Shown here piece after piece: positions 27,501-41,800 of a DNA stretch of 64,000 nt (positions are counted from its first letter, which is position 1; every line of letters starts with the position of its first letter). A model generated the notes under the pieces. That model was not told where the DNA came from and searched no databases. It saw only the letters and a list, made by a program, of their open reading frames with translations. The DNA lies in contig OZ287754.1 of the NCBI GenBank assembly GCA_965649765.1, positions 59,086,001 to 59,150,000 of the forward strand. The letters are read 5' to 3'. A program made the position numbers and the translations under genes. Source of the DNA: Bispira polyomma. Taxonomy: Eukaryota.

Positions 27501-30500
27501 CAAACTCAGAGTCCACTCAAATGCAGGCTTTATGTGTCGAAGTCACTTGTGTACATGGAATACACCTAGACTTGTGACCATTCATTTTAATAGAGCTTTC
27601 AGCACTCAACTCAAATAAGAAGTCAGATTTTACTTAACTTCATTCTAGCCAGAGATATGTGCCACTTGAGATTTGAGTCTAAGTTGAGTTTGAGATATTT
27701 AAAAATACGGCCACTAGCTGGTCTGTAATTTGGCCAGTGTTCTAGAGTTCATGCCCTAGTGGTGGGTTCCAAATATAGAAGTTATTGATGGTTATCTGAA
27801 TGTCAACAAAACACACATTTACATAAAGAAATATTACGGTCCAGACACACAGAACCGCATCCAGATCCGTCTAATCATTTGAAAACGGATTTTCTTTTCT
27901 TTAATTCACACAGGACAGAAAATCTGGCCAAATCATGTGCACATAATCATGGGCACAGAGTTATCTGTTTAAATATGTGAAATGTTAAGCTACGTCTCAG
28001 GTGCTTAGAAGGGATCCGGATACGGATCCGTCAAAAATCAGAAATGAAATCTGTGTAAATTTTATCTGGGCCGGATCAGCAGATCCGGAGATCGAGATCA
28101 ATCTTCTATGTGTCTGCTTTCCCTGTTTTATTTTGTTAAGAAGATACACTGCTCGATCCAGATCCGGATGCTGTTCTGTATGTCTGGACCTTATTAGTAT
28201 TACAACCTGTGCCGTCAGCGCTTCTATGACCCAATACATAGTATGTATGATTGCCTGTAGACCGAATAATCTGTCCCTACTAAGCGAGATTCCTGATATT
28301 TTGAAGACTGACTCACGGAAAAGGGACCCTTTTCGGGAGTCTGTCTTTAAAATATTAGCAAGGAATCTCGCTAAATAGGAACAGAGTATTCGGTCTAGAT
28401 TGCCTGAAACTTTGTTCAAAATTTAAAGTAACTATTTTAAAGCTAAATACTTAAACAATGTAAATAAAACTGTTTTTGGTTTCACACCGATGGAGAGTAA
28501 TTCTACTATACTTTGACCCACTTTCGCGACATCACAAATGATATTTTTGCAATAGCAGATTACATCAAAAAGTGAAGAAATATATCTATCTCTGTGTAAA
28601 AGGCACTGTACCACATAGATTTGATTCCTGTGTGCCGAGGGAGATATGCAATAAGGTTATATACTGTCAACTGCTGACTGACGGACATAGCACTGGCCAC
28701 TAGAAATGGCCATCGAATGCAATTTTTATTGATTCTTTAAAATGACATTGGTATTTATGTCCATCAAGAGTTTGTCCTTAAGCTCTGGAAGATAACATTG
28801 GGATTTTGTCCTGCATTAAAAATTTCTATGAGAACTCTTCTATCTTAAAACAAAATCTTGCTACTCTCAATGACAGAAATGCCAAAATCAAAGTTCCAAA
28901 ATCTAAACAAAAAAATCATCATACATATAACAGTCAGCCAGTAAAATCATATTCTCTACCAGTATAATGGTATTTGGTGCAATTGATTTCATGCATATAA
29001 GCAAATAAATTATTTGCTGACCATATTTGATACAAGAAGAGAACTAATGTATTCAGTATGACATATATGTAAATTCTTAAAACTAATAATCCATAGTAGA
29101 ACACATAAACACTTGAATAAATAAATAGGGACTAATTATAGCCATTTTGGCCACAAGCCTTCACACCTCTAGTTTAGTTATTTTATATCTAAGGTTTTTA
29201 TCAGGCTCAGCCTGTTATTGTTTTCACTCTTAAAAAAAAGCCACTACCATGTTGGAAATAAATATGTACAGCTTTCATGGATTGGTTGAAAGTAATTGAC
29301 CTGGCCAAACTGAGCTGGGGTGTCAGATAATTATTTCTCACACTGTGCGCCAATTTTATTTTTTATCAAGACAAATCTTGTTTGATCAGGATTTATTGAG
29401 GCACCTTGTTTGTTCAGTTTGGGGGATGTCCAAGCCAGGAGAGATTAAGGTCCAGTATTAATATATCTGTATTTGACCTATGTGTGGTCATCATTAATTA
29501 GTATACAAATCACCACAAACGCGCTAAAAAGCCTGCTTTAGAAATGATCAATTCAACAAATCCAATTCAGATTTAGGTGTACATTCTGTCCAATGTAGAC
29601 AAAAATCCGGATCAGGTCATTTTATATCAATTTGCCCAATATCCATTGAGCTCTGATCCTGGTGTTTTGGATCTGGATCTTCTGCTGCCTGGAGACACTG
29701 TGTAGGTGTGTATATAAGGGAGCATAGGATCCAGACCACAGGGAGAGAGATAGTCTAGGATTCACTGGATATATACACTCACATATATACACACAGGAAT
29801 CATGACTGGCTTATTCAGCGTGGTATTTGTCTCTCTACTGGCTTTACAGGTAAGTGTTTGAACTACGTTGTGTAATATCTGTGTATATCAGCACATATAA
29901 CACTCTGGCTTCTGGAGTGTCCCGTTAAACTCAAATGTTAGTGTACTGAACTATTAATCTCAAGATCCATGACAACACAGGATCGAATCCCAGCAGTGGC
30001 AAGCCTCTTTATAAGTTTACAGCAGAGCCAAGTCATTTCTGTTGGTTACATAGTGGAGTTCAGTGGGAGTTAGTTAAGTCAATGTAGTAGTTGTATAAGA
30101 CCTGAGGACAGGTCTTCGTGCAGGGAGAGGCATGTAATATCTATGTATATTAGAAAATTAAACACTCGGACTTCTGTGGTTTCCAAAATCCATGACAACC
30201 CAGGATTGAATCCCAGCAGTGGCAAGCATCTTTATAAGTTTATAGCTGAGCCAAGTCATTTCTGTTGTTTACAGTTGCCTACATTACTCCCAAAAGTAAT
30301 ATTTGACCGCTTCAAAATAGTTTATAGCCTCAAAGTTATTGACATTTTTCCTCCTTTCACAAACCATTAAGCACCCAGTTTATATAACAAAAAGTTTAAG
30401 AAAACAGAAGAAGAGGAATCATTTTGTAATCGTTCATAAGTAACCTTTAATGTTATTGTTCAAAGTGTGACTCAAAAGTATGATCCAGTTGACCTAAATA

Positions 30501-33500
30501 TGACAATGAGTACAGTAGAACCTCTGCTATCTGAACATGTGAGAGAGAGCAAGGTTTTGTTATAATAGAAGGGTCGTAAACAACTAGAAGAGGCATGTCT
30601 GTATAAAATAATAGGGAAACAAATTTGGGAGAGGGGAAAATGTCAGGATATAATTCGGATATAATAGAAGTATCTCCATACTCACTTCTGGGAGCTGTAT
30701 AACTTAAGCAACAACTACGAAAACCTTCTTGTTGGTGGGGATACTATTTTCTCTAGACAAGTTACTTAAGCCTTGAAAAGTGATGCTATAAGTACAATTC
30801 CGTTATCCACGAATTGTCTAGCCAAAGGACAAGGTCATTTAAGGAATAACACATTCCAAAGCATGGTATATTGGTAATTCTTACCACTCTTGGAGCTTAA
30901 AACACTAGAATATACCATGCTTGGGAATGTGGTATTCCGATTCTAACATGACTAATGGAAATTAATTACCAGATTCCTCCTATATTTAGTGCAAAATCAC
31001 ACTATTGAAGGAATTATATCCACTGGGCATCCAGTATACTACAGACAAAATTAGTCTATTTCCTTCTATGGTGATTTTATACTGTAGCGTTTGGCCAATC
31101 AGAATCGCTGACACACCGTTGTGTCATGTTAGAATATACTATACACTGCAAGCATAAAGAAGCTGTTTTAACCAAATATGTTTTTTACACAATATAAACA
31201 CAATAGATATTTTATACAATGGATATTTTTATATAATCTTATGTTATAGCTCAGCAGTGCTGACCTGGCCAATGACTCCAAGGACGAACAAGTGAGTCAG
31301 CTCCTTCAGTTGTTGCTCAGAAATGCTGACAGCAATGACAACAACAACCAGCAACAGCAGCCTACAACAGCCCCAACTGCAGAGACTACAACAACTGCAA
31401 CATCAACACAAGCAGCTGCTTCATCAGGTAAAACTATCTCTTTATGAAATGGTATTTTATTACATTTCGGATTATTGATGCTAGTAATCAACGAAAGCAC
31501 AACAACAGTCCGTAAACCAATACAGAAGTCCATAAACATAGCCAAAGTCGTAAGGAAGGATGTAGGGGATGTACAGTGAGGGAACTACATGGGGTATGCG
31601 AGTTTTGAAGAGATTGGTTTTAAGCTCTTTTCTAAACCCATATAGGGTTTCAAGTGCTCAACTGGGAGATTATTCCATAGCATAGGGGCAGCAGTAGAGA
31701 AAGCTCTTGATCCAGCCTTCTTGGTGGGTCTTACAGAGGAAACAGATAGTCTCTTTCCTCTCTTAAGGTTGCTGAAGGGGAGGTGAGCAGCAAGGTATCA
31801 GGATAGAAATGAAATATGACATGCTCATGGACAGCCACCTTGGGCTTGAGGATGACCATTTATCAAAGATCTTTAATCTGCCACTGGAGATAGTATACTT
31901 TGTGACAGAGGAATACCAGGAATAGAACCGGGGACCTTAGAATCAGCACCCTAACCACTAGACCATGGGGCATATCTTTATGGCACTAAATAAGATCAAG
32001 CTGAATCTGCATGAAACACTGAATTCATATTGTTTGACTCTGGCACTCAAAAGTGCTGAACCATCAACTTGTTTTTCAGCCAATATACTTGTGACACTGT
32101 TTTCCCCTACTGATAAAGTGAGGATAAAGTGAGTTTTCTTTGATAGTGATTTTTTCCTTCTCTAGTCATATTCTTTTTGTTTTCTCTGTTAAACCTACCA
32201 AGAGGGCTGGACCCTAGAGGTTTCTCTAATGCTGTCCCTATGTTGTGGAATAGTCTTCCTGTTGAGCTTAGATCACTTGAAAAACTTTTTGGTTTTAGGA
32301 AAAAGCTTAAAATGTAAACTCGCTTGCCCCCTTTAGTTCCCTCCATGTACACCCCCCCAGGATATGGATTTGATCCCAGCCTGAGGCAACCAGGAACAGG
32401 CAGACAGAAAATGGCTCAGATGACCACTACTTAAAATCGTGGTCCTTTGTCATTTGGTGTTATATCCAGTGATAGGCTGAAAAACAACTTTTGGACTATT
32501 GATGTCTGATCATCCTCAAGCGTTCAGCCTTCAGTTAGGGAAATAACAGTTACTGGATTTAAATGTAGTTGGGTTTCACAGCTTAGGTCATATTACGATG
32601 GCTAGATTTGCATGGTGGCAAGAAACCAGTGTTAAAGCACTGTAAACCATCGACCCACGGCAAGTATCTGACAAATTTGCCCATGTGAAGGAATGAACAT
32701 TGGTGGGAGGCCAGTGATTGTTAATCAGGCTCTTCTAACCACTAGGCCACCAAGGCCCACCTGACAGTTGCTGGAACTGTTTGCATGTGTTAGTGCAGTT
32801 AAGAACAATGTTAATTAATCTAATACAATCTGACATCTACCTAACTTATCAAATGTTGAAGTTATGTTAAAAAAGCAATTCATTTTCTTCACGTTTTTAA
32901 TTTCCTATTATAGGTGCCAGAGAGGTGCTACGTCATCTGCTGGACCAGGAACTGAGTCTGTTTGACTTAGTGCTGAGCCACAAGCAATCAGGTAAGGAGG
33001 AAATGGAATTTATCTGAATTATTTTATACCACTTCTAACACCGTTGGTCATATTGTGATAGGCGGCATATTTATTGGTGGAGGACATGTATTTGTACTGG
33101 AAACCATCAACCTTCGGAAAATACCTTAGAGGTGAGGGGCTAGTGATATTCAAGCAGACGCCTGTAACCATCAGGCCTATATCGGGTAACAAAACACATC
33201 TATCTTGATATGTTAACCCTTTCGACCGCTAGACTGTTAACTAGCAGCCAATGGCATTTGTTACTTCCAGAACCTATGTCTGCTCGCAATCAATCTACGG
33301 CCCAAAAATATAATTTTATTTCCCTTCAGTTCCTCACAGTATGAAATTGTTTGTACAGCAGAATTCTGTCTTTTTAAATGCCGTAAATAGTCTGTGGTGA
33401 GTGTTTTAGTGATTCCACCTATCTGTAATCTATTACCCGATAACATCTTTCAGTTCCCAGCGACAGTTTTCTGTTGTGGAAGAGTCGAAGAGGTTGAGGT

Positions 33501-36500
33501 TTCTGTAGGGTTCCTTCAATTGGATAACCCTGTGATACACCCCCACATTCTTCCTTTATGACCTTTGCTGTGTTTTTTTGACTTCTTGATTGGTTAATTG
33601 ATTCTGTTGTTGCGCTTTAGAAGACGCCTCACATCAATATGGCACGTTAGAAACCCATAACTTAATACAATATTTGATCTCATTTAGTAGAGCAACTTTA
33701 TATTTCAGTTCACGAGGATGAAGCCAGGGAGCTCTCCATAAAAGGGAAAAGTGGTAGGAAAAGTGGTGAAAGCAGTAAAAGTGGTGAAAGCAGTAAAAGT
33801 GGTAAAAACAGTAAAAGTGGTGAAAGCAGTAAAGGTGGTGAAAGCAGTGAAAGGAGTGAATCAACCACTGGTTAGTATCAGCGCTCAATTAGTGGTCTAA
33901 GTACTGATTAGTCTATAAGGGAGTCACTGGCCAGTATCATGGGCTAAGTGCTGGTCAGTATATAAGGGAGTCACTGGTCAGTGTCAGGGGCTATAGGTAC
34001 TGGTCAGTACATAAGGTAGTCACTGGTCAGTACCAGGGGGCTAGGTACTGGTAAGTATATAAGGGAGTCACTGACCAGTACCAGGGGGCTTGGTACTGGT
34101 CAGTATATAACGGAGTCACTGGTCACTATTAGGGGTCAGGTACTGGTCAGTATATAAGGGAGTCACTGGTCAGTATCAGGGGTCAGGTACTGGTCAGTAT
34201 ATAAGGGAATCACTGGTCATTATCAGGGGTCAGGTACTGGTTAGTATATAAGGGAGTCACTGGTCAGTATCAGGCCTAGGTACTGGTCAGTGTATAAGGG
34301 AGTTACTGGTCGGTACGAGGGGGCTTGGTACTGGTCAGTATATAAGGGAGTCACTGGTCGGTACCAGGGGGCTAGATACCGATCAGTATATAAGGGAGTT
34401 ACTGGTCAGTATCAGGGGCTAGTTGCTATTATTCTGGTATTATTAGGTGTTGGTCAGTATCACAGGACTAACTACTGATGATTATAATAGCAAATTAACA
34501 AATGCAAACATATCCATTGGTACATGCTCATTAATTCAATATTTCTGACATATATAGTCTACTTTTGACGTGAAAGGTGTTCAACATTAGGGAAAAAATC
34601 GTATTCCATGGAGTATTATTTTTTTCTGCATTCAGTATTTCTGTGTCTATAAAGAAAGCCCAAATTCAGATTTAACTTAAACGAAGATCTTGTGAAAGTT
34701 CTTCTTCACAGAAATAAACCAATATGTGATAACCATTCATGCATCGCTGAATTCAAATAAGCAGTCAGATTTTACTTAACTAAGCTCTAGCCAGAGATAT
34801 AAGAACCTCAGATTTTGAACACAATTCTGAATTGTGCCTGAGATTTCTGGAGAATTTGGATAATATTCTGTCTCGACATTTAGTGTCTCTGAAATGGATG
34901 CTTTGTTTTGACAGTATACACATTGTAAACAATAGATGTTCTTGTATTGGAGTTATGAGAATTTCCAAAACTTTGAATGTGAAAATATAATAAACCCTTA
35001 AACAACAATATCATATATGAACTCTTGATTTTTACTGCCCTTGCAGAAGAAATGACAACAGAAGAAATGACCACAGAAGTAAACATCACAGAGGAAATAA
35101 CCACAGAAGGAATAACCACAGAAGTAAACATCACAGAAGAAATAACCACAGAAGAAATAACCGCAGAAGTAAGCACCACAGCATCAATGACCACAAGGGG
35201 TATGTGACTTCTGCACTGTAATCTATCTGCCCTACACTTAAGGGTTTAGTAACGTAAACACATAAAACGATCGCCGATTACCACGTCACATATGCTCGAG
35301 TTTCTCAGAAACTGCACAACTTTTTCTTTGTGGCCTTAAACTCGATTTATGGCTAACACATTTACATTTTCATGAGTAGAAATAATAAAGAATGACATAC
35401 ATTTCTTAATTATATACTAATTCATATATTTTACATATCATTTAAAAAGGTACCTTGAGACATACAATACATATAGCAGTGTGTAAAATTGTAACTAAAA
35501 TGGGTAATATTTTAAAAGTAAATGCTTCACAAACGTGACACATTTCATATACCAAGAAGGGATCAATATTGAAATATTGTCCATGGATAGAAAAAGGAAA
35601 ACATCAGCATTATTTTGAATGAATTTGTTCTTCAAAAAAGCACAAAACCACAGATAATTTTAGAAAAACATTCAAGTTACACTATTCCAAACAGAAAGAT
35701 GTTTTATATTCTTTGTTTATATAAAATAGGTAAACCTATGTAAAAATGTAATTCATTCAAATAATATACATGTACTCTAAAGTTGTTTAGGGTATATAAT
35801 ATCTTCATATGTGTAAAATCAATACTGGTATTGTGTCACAATAGAAAGGCTTGTCTTTGAGATTTGTTTACAAATATGACGTTCCTCCATAGATTTCAAA
35901 CTGTGTGACGTCACAATACCAGAATCGTTATATGGCTGTTTTTAACACTTTGCAAAGAAATATTAAAGTTTTAAACAGTATTTGCATATAAAAATGTGTA
36001 AAATGGTCATTAAAGAACCATTTTATGGCCGCTGTATTAGGTATTTGTGCCAAACTTAAAATTCGTAAATACAGTATGATTTATCGGCAACGTCTTTGTG
36101 TGTTTACGTTACTAAAGCCTTAATGCAGTAGAACCTCTATTATCTGAACTTCTTCTGCACAGAAATTCTTTTACTCTAAAATGCCTCTTCTAGTTTGGTG
36201 ACCGTCCTAATATCCAAACAAATTGTTCCTCTCCCAACATGTTTGGTTAAGATGAGGTTCATCTGCTGTACTTACTGTACCTTTAGGACTGTTTTAACGC
36301 CATAATGCCCGCCTTCCACTTCAGCGACTTAGAAAAGCAATGCTTGTGAGTGCATGGTGCAGAAAAATATCTCAAGGTAAGCGGTATAAAAATTTGAACC
36401 CACAGTGACTTCCGACTGAAATCCTGGGTAAGCTTAGATCTTCAGGGAATCTCTATTGTGGAAATTTAGAAAAAAAAATTATTTCCACAATGAACGTGAC

Positions 36501-38776
36501 ACAGCAGGGGCATCGCTATACTTTCCTCCATTTGTAATTTATAAGCTGACTGACCACTAGTAGAAGCCGGATTTGATTGCCAATAAACAGGCATTTTCAC
36601 CGTGGCAGATATGTGATGGGTAAGCAGCGAAAATCGCAAGGCCGACGTGAAAGTGGGAGCCGCCCTTTAATAATACAGTACTCTCTGTATAAGTAGAACC
36701 AGTGTAAGTCAATTTTAGGTATAAGTGGCACCAGATTTGAGGTCCCAACATCAGAAAAAGCTGTAGGTGTAAGTGGAAGTTAGCTACTGGAAGTTCTAGT
36801 TATACAGAGTCTACTGCATTGACCCTTTTTTGAATATGTAAACCACACCAGGGGCCGTATTCACGAAGGGACTTAGCCAGGTCTTAGGCTTAAATCAGTA
36901 TACTTTTGTGCTTGATTTAAGCCTAAGACCTGGCTAAGTCCCTTTGTGAATAAGGCCCCTGGTTTTACAGTTATAATTAACCCTTTCAACCCCTGGGTTG
37001 TCCACTAGCAGCCACCAGCATGTTATTACTCCCAGCATCTATGTTTGTCAGCTAGCAGTCCACACCCATGAAATATTATTTTATTTTCGTTCAGTTTCCT
37101 TGCAATAGGAAATTGTTTTAAAAATTGTTTTAAAAAGTTATACATGAGGCCATTATTGATTTCTGAAAGTAGTATTTGGTGTGGGTTTTAGTGACTCCAG
37201 CTGTCTGTAGCCTATTACGCAAAAATAGTTTCTGTCAGTTCCTGGCAATAGTTTTCTCTGGTTGAAAGGGTTAAATAAATACAAGGGCATTTCAACTCTC
37301 AAAATGACTAAAGAATATTTGGATAACAGAAGATTGGATAATATAGGTTTCTACTGTAAATGTTGCATACATCTATCTGTGTTGAATTTATCTTGCGTCT
37401 GGGTATTCGTACTGTGATGTCTCTCCATACCTCAAAAAATTACACTGGCTTCCCATTCACTAACGAATTATTTTTTAAGTGCAAGTCACCACTTCCAAAG
37501 CCGTTATTTCTCAACAGCCCTCTTATCTTGCTGCTCGCCTTTCCATGAACAACCTTAAGAGGGGAAATAGACTATCTGTTTCCTATGTCAGACCCACCAG
37601 GAGGGGTGGCTAAAAAGCATTTTCTAGTGCCACCCCGGTGTTATGGAATGGTCTCCCAGTTGAGCTAAGATCGCTTGATACACTGTCTGGGTTTCGAGAA
37701 AAGCTGAAAACCCATCTTTTTAAACTCGCCTACCCCCATAGTTTCCCCCCCCCCCCTGTACACCCCTACATCCTTCCTAACGACCTTGGCTATGTTTTCG
37801 GACTTTTCTATTGGTTTACTGATTCTGTTGTTGCGCTTTAGGAGATGCCTAGCATCATTAGGGGGCGTTAAAAATACAATACATATAAGACATGGACATA
37901 TGTAAGCTTAATTGACATAATGGAAATGGTGGGATGTTAACATAGACCTTTCTACGGTTTAATGGGTTACTGGGTGCATTAATTATGGGCAAAGCGTGCC
38001 TCCCTTATTTCGCATACAATAGTCAATTTTGTATTGCAGTTAATCTAAATGTGTGTCTTTTCAACATACATCACATAAATATTTAGTAGTTGATTAGTAT
38101 ATAAGAACAGCTCACATGTGCATATGTCTTGAAAAGTTGACATCTGAATGTCAAGACATGCAAATATGTTTGTATTCACTGAAGCGACTAATGGGCGACC
38201 ATATCCCAGAATTCATAGCAGACCTGCCCATTGCTGTCATGATTTTAGACCCCCTAAAAAATCAGTTAAAAACTTTTAAAATTTTAAAAACTTCCATTAC
38301 ATGAACACATCGTGAAAGCACAATTTTTGTTTGGATAATAGGAAGGTTTCATATCAATCTATATTTGACACCAGGTGGTAATGAGAAGAGGGAAGAAGAA
38401 CAGATCTCAGAGCTTGAAGTGAAGTCTTACCAAGACTCAACTGACCCAACCACTGGGTCACCCACCACAACAACCCAAGGACAAGGTATGTGTTACTGTT
38501 GTAATATCAGTGTATATCAGGGGCCTTATTCACAAAGATTCTTATTCTTAAAATTATTCTTAGTTTTTTTCTTAATCTAAAAATTTTGTAAGAACAATTC
38601 TAAGAATAAAAATGTTCACATTTGTTACTTTCTTAATCTTAGGTTTTATTTTTAAATTAGCACTCACAAAGTTACCAATTTCTGTACCATTCTTAGATTT
38701 TAGTCTTAAAATATTTTTTTTTAAAAAAATCTTAAGAATAGGAATAAAAAATTTGAAAATTCTTATTCTTAGAATT

Positions 38777-38812
<36 letters not shown>

Positions 38813-41800
38813 GTATTTCCACAATATTTTTTTTTTTTTTTTATTTGGTTTATTTTTCCATATCCATAAACAAAAATGATTACATGTTACATATGAAATA
38901 ACAACTGATAATTGTACACTATAAAATACATTTTAACAATACAATACATTTTAAAGATTAACTTTGATACGGAGGAACAAACCATTTTTTTTTTTTATTT
39001 TAAAGAGGAGAGCTGTTATAATAATAAGGAAAAAAAAAAAAAAAAAAAAAAAACACAAAAGTGTGCGTCACAAATGATGATAATGTAAAAATAATTGACT
39101 ATAGCTGCTTATTTCTATAAATAATACTACATATATTTTAAAATTTAATACCCAAATTAGTGTTTTAAAAATGTTGACAATGGTTTCCACTTTTCCTCTA
39201 AAATTTCTTTACTGCCACCCTTTCTAGAAATAATTATTTTTTCGATATTATAATAAAATTTGATGTAGTTAATGGCAGCTGTTACACTGAGAACTTCTTC
39301 TTTACATTTGGTTACATAAATATATCTTTTAACAATATTCAATACATGATTTATAAGTCTGTTATTGCTATGCCCTGTAAATCCTAGTAGTATGTTTTCG
39401 GACTTTAGTATGTTCTGTATATCGAAAGCGGACTTTAGCCTTTCTGCTATCAAGTACCAAAAGGAATTAATCTTCGAGCAGTACCAAAACAAATGTTCTA
39501 TAGTTTCAACTTCGCTATTACAGAAATAACAGTTGTCTGTATCTTTTAACTTGCAAAGCTTCAAATACCTATTTGTAGGAAGAACTCTTTGGATAATTTT
39601 ATACTGAAAATCCCTCATTCTAGTTTCCATCGTGCATCTATAATTTGTATTATAAAAACCACTCATGCTTTCAGGGTCAAGTGTTTTATTAAGGATAGCT
39701 GACCATTTTGAAATATGTGACCTTTCTACTTTAATGTTTCCAATAATTTTCCAATATACACCGTTGCAAACTTTTGGCATTTTTAATACATTTTCTAAAA
39801 GTTTATGTTTCACCTGACCTAACTTTGTGATACAACACATTTTCCATTCCTTCGGTATTGAATGCATAAGGCTATAGAAGTCGACAAAATTGATATTTGT
39901 ATTAAATTTGGTACAAAAATCATTGTAACCCAAAAAGCCTCCATCTTTATGCATCAGGTCATTAATATAGCTTAGACCTTTACTTTGAAAATACTGTTGC
40001 TTATAAATTAAGTTTTTATTTTGAATAAAATATGTGTTCCACAAGGGGAAGCATCTATAATCTAAATCTGTTTCAAAATTTTGCTTATATTCAATCCAAT
40101 ATTTGGTAACTTCGTACCAGAATTTGTTTCCAGTTAAATCCAAATTTTTGTTGAGTGAGGTTGTGTCTAATTCCCAGTAGCTTTTTTTTGTCATACTACC
40201 AATAGTGTGTCCAAATAAGTGTTGCCATGTGCCATCAGACTCTATTAATCTCTTTATCCATGATAGTTTCAATGCACGATGAAAAACCCTAATATTAGGT
40301 AATTTTAACCCACCCTGTAACACTGTTTTCTCTAGTTGCGATGTTGATATGCGGACATTATCCTTCCAAATAAAATCTTTAATAATTTTTTGTAAGTTTC
40401 GAAATATATCTTCTGAGGGAGCTGGAAGAACAGTGAGTGGATAAACTAATTTGGGAAGAACAAGTGTTTTGATAACAGTGACTTTTCCAATGAGGGATAA
40501 ATGATATTTCTTATACTGAAATAAAAGTTTTTCGATCTTAGTGATAGCATCTTTAAAATTAATTTCAACCATTTTATTCAAATTTCTATCAAACTTAATT
40601 CCAAGAAGATTAAAATGTTCTGTCCATACTAAATTGTAATCCCAACTTATTGTTGTTGCAGCTGTGTTATTACCAAGACATACACATTGTGTTTTATCTA
40701 CATTTATTTTTAGACCAGAGCACAGATAAAATCTCTGAAAAGTTTGAATAGCTTCCTGTAATGAGGATTCACTTTTATCTAACAGAAGGAAGGTGTCATC
40801 TGCATAGTGACCTATCTTGCTTATTATATTGCCCACATTAACACCTTTTATGGATTTGTTTTGCTTAATCTCTAAAGAGAGTGGTTCTATAGCTAGTATG
40901 AACAAATAAGGGCTAAGCGGATCCCCTTGTCGACACCCTCTGTGTAAATTAAAAAATTCAGAGAAGAAGCCATTATTAACAACACAGCTACAGGAATTAT
41001 TATAGAGAAGGTTATACCATTTTATAAAATTTTGTCCAAACTTATATGCATACAGAACTTTTCTGATGTAAGCCCATTCTAGAGAGTCGAAGGCTTTTTC
41101 AAAATCTATGAGCAAAAGTAAGCCAGTTCTTTGTTTTAATTTGAGAAAATGGATAATATCATATATAGTCCTTATATTTTCGCCAATATATCGATTTTTC
41201 AAGAAGCCTTTTTGTGCTTTACTTATAATTTTGGGTAGAATTTTTTTCATTCGCAAAGCAAGTACACCTGATATAAGCTTATAGTCAACATTCACCAATG
41301 TAATGGGACGCCAATTCTTAAGAGATAGTCTTGATTTACCTGGTTTAGGCACTAAAGTAATGATCCCTTGTTTCTGAGTTATAGATAACTCGTTCTTTTC
41401 AAAGGCTTCATTTATACTGTCCATAACAAATTTATTGAGGTCAGTCCAAAAAAATTTATAAAACTCCGATGGAAAACCATCTGAACCTGGGGTTTTCCCA
41501 TTTTTCATGTCTTTTAGGACTCTTTTTATCTCAAGTTCGGTTATTAATCCTTCACAATGATTTATTTCCTCATTGCTTAGACACTGAATATTCTTCTTAT
41601 TTAAAAATATTTTTAAATGTGGTGAAGTGTCTGGACAAATTTTACTGTCATATAAGTCATTATAATAATTTTTTATTTCTTCTAATATTAAACCTTGATC
41701 AGTTAAAATTTTGTTCCCATTGTCTAATTTTGAAACTAATTTATTTAAATAATTTCGTTTCTCCAAATTACAAAAATAATTCGATGGCTTTTCATTATAC

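Noticed and set aside
27997-28419. Overlapping 125-140 aa ORFs on both strands (also 63464-63979)
   Set aside because: They fall within copies of a non-autonomous TIR element; no transposase motifs.
33865-34480. Regular repeat arrays resembling CRISPR
   Set aside because: Units are contiguous and degenerate with no unique spacers; eukaryotic context and no cas genes. They are minisatellites.
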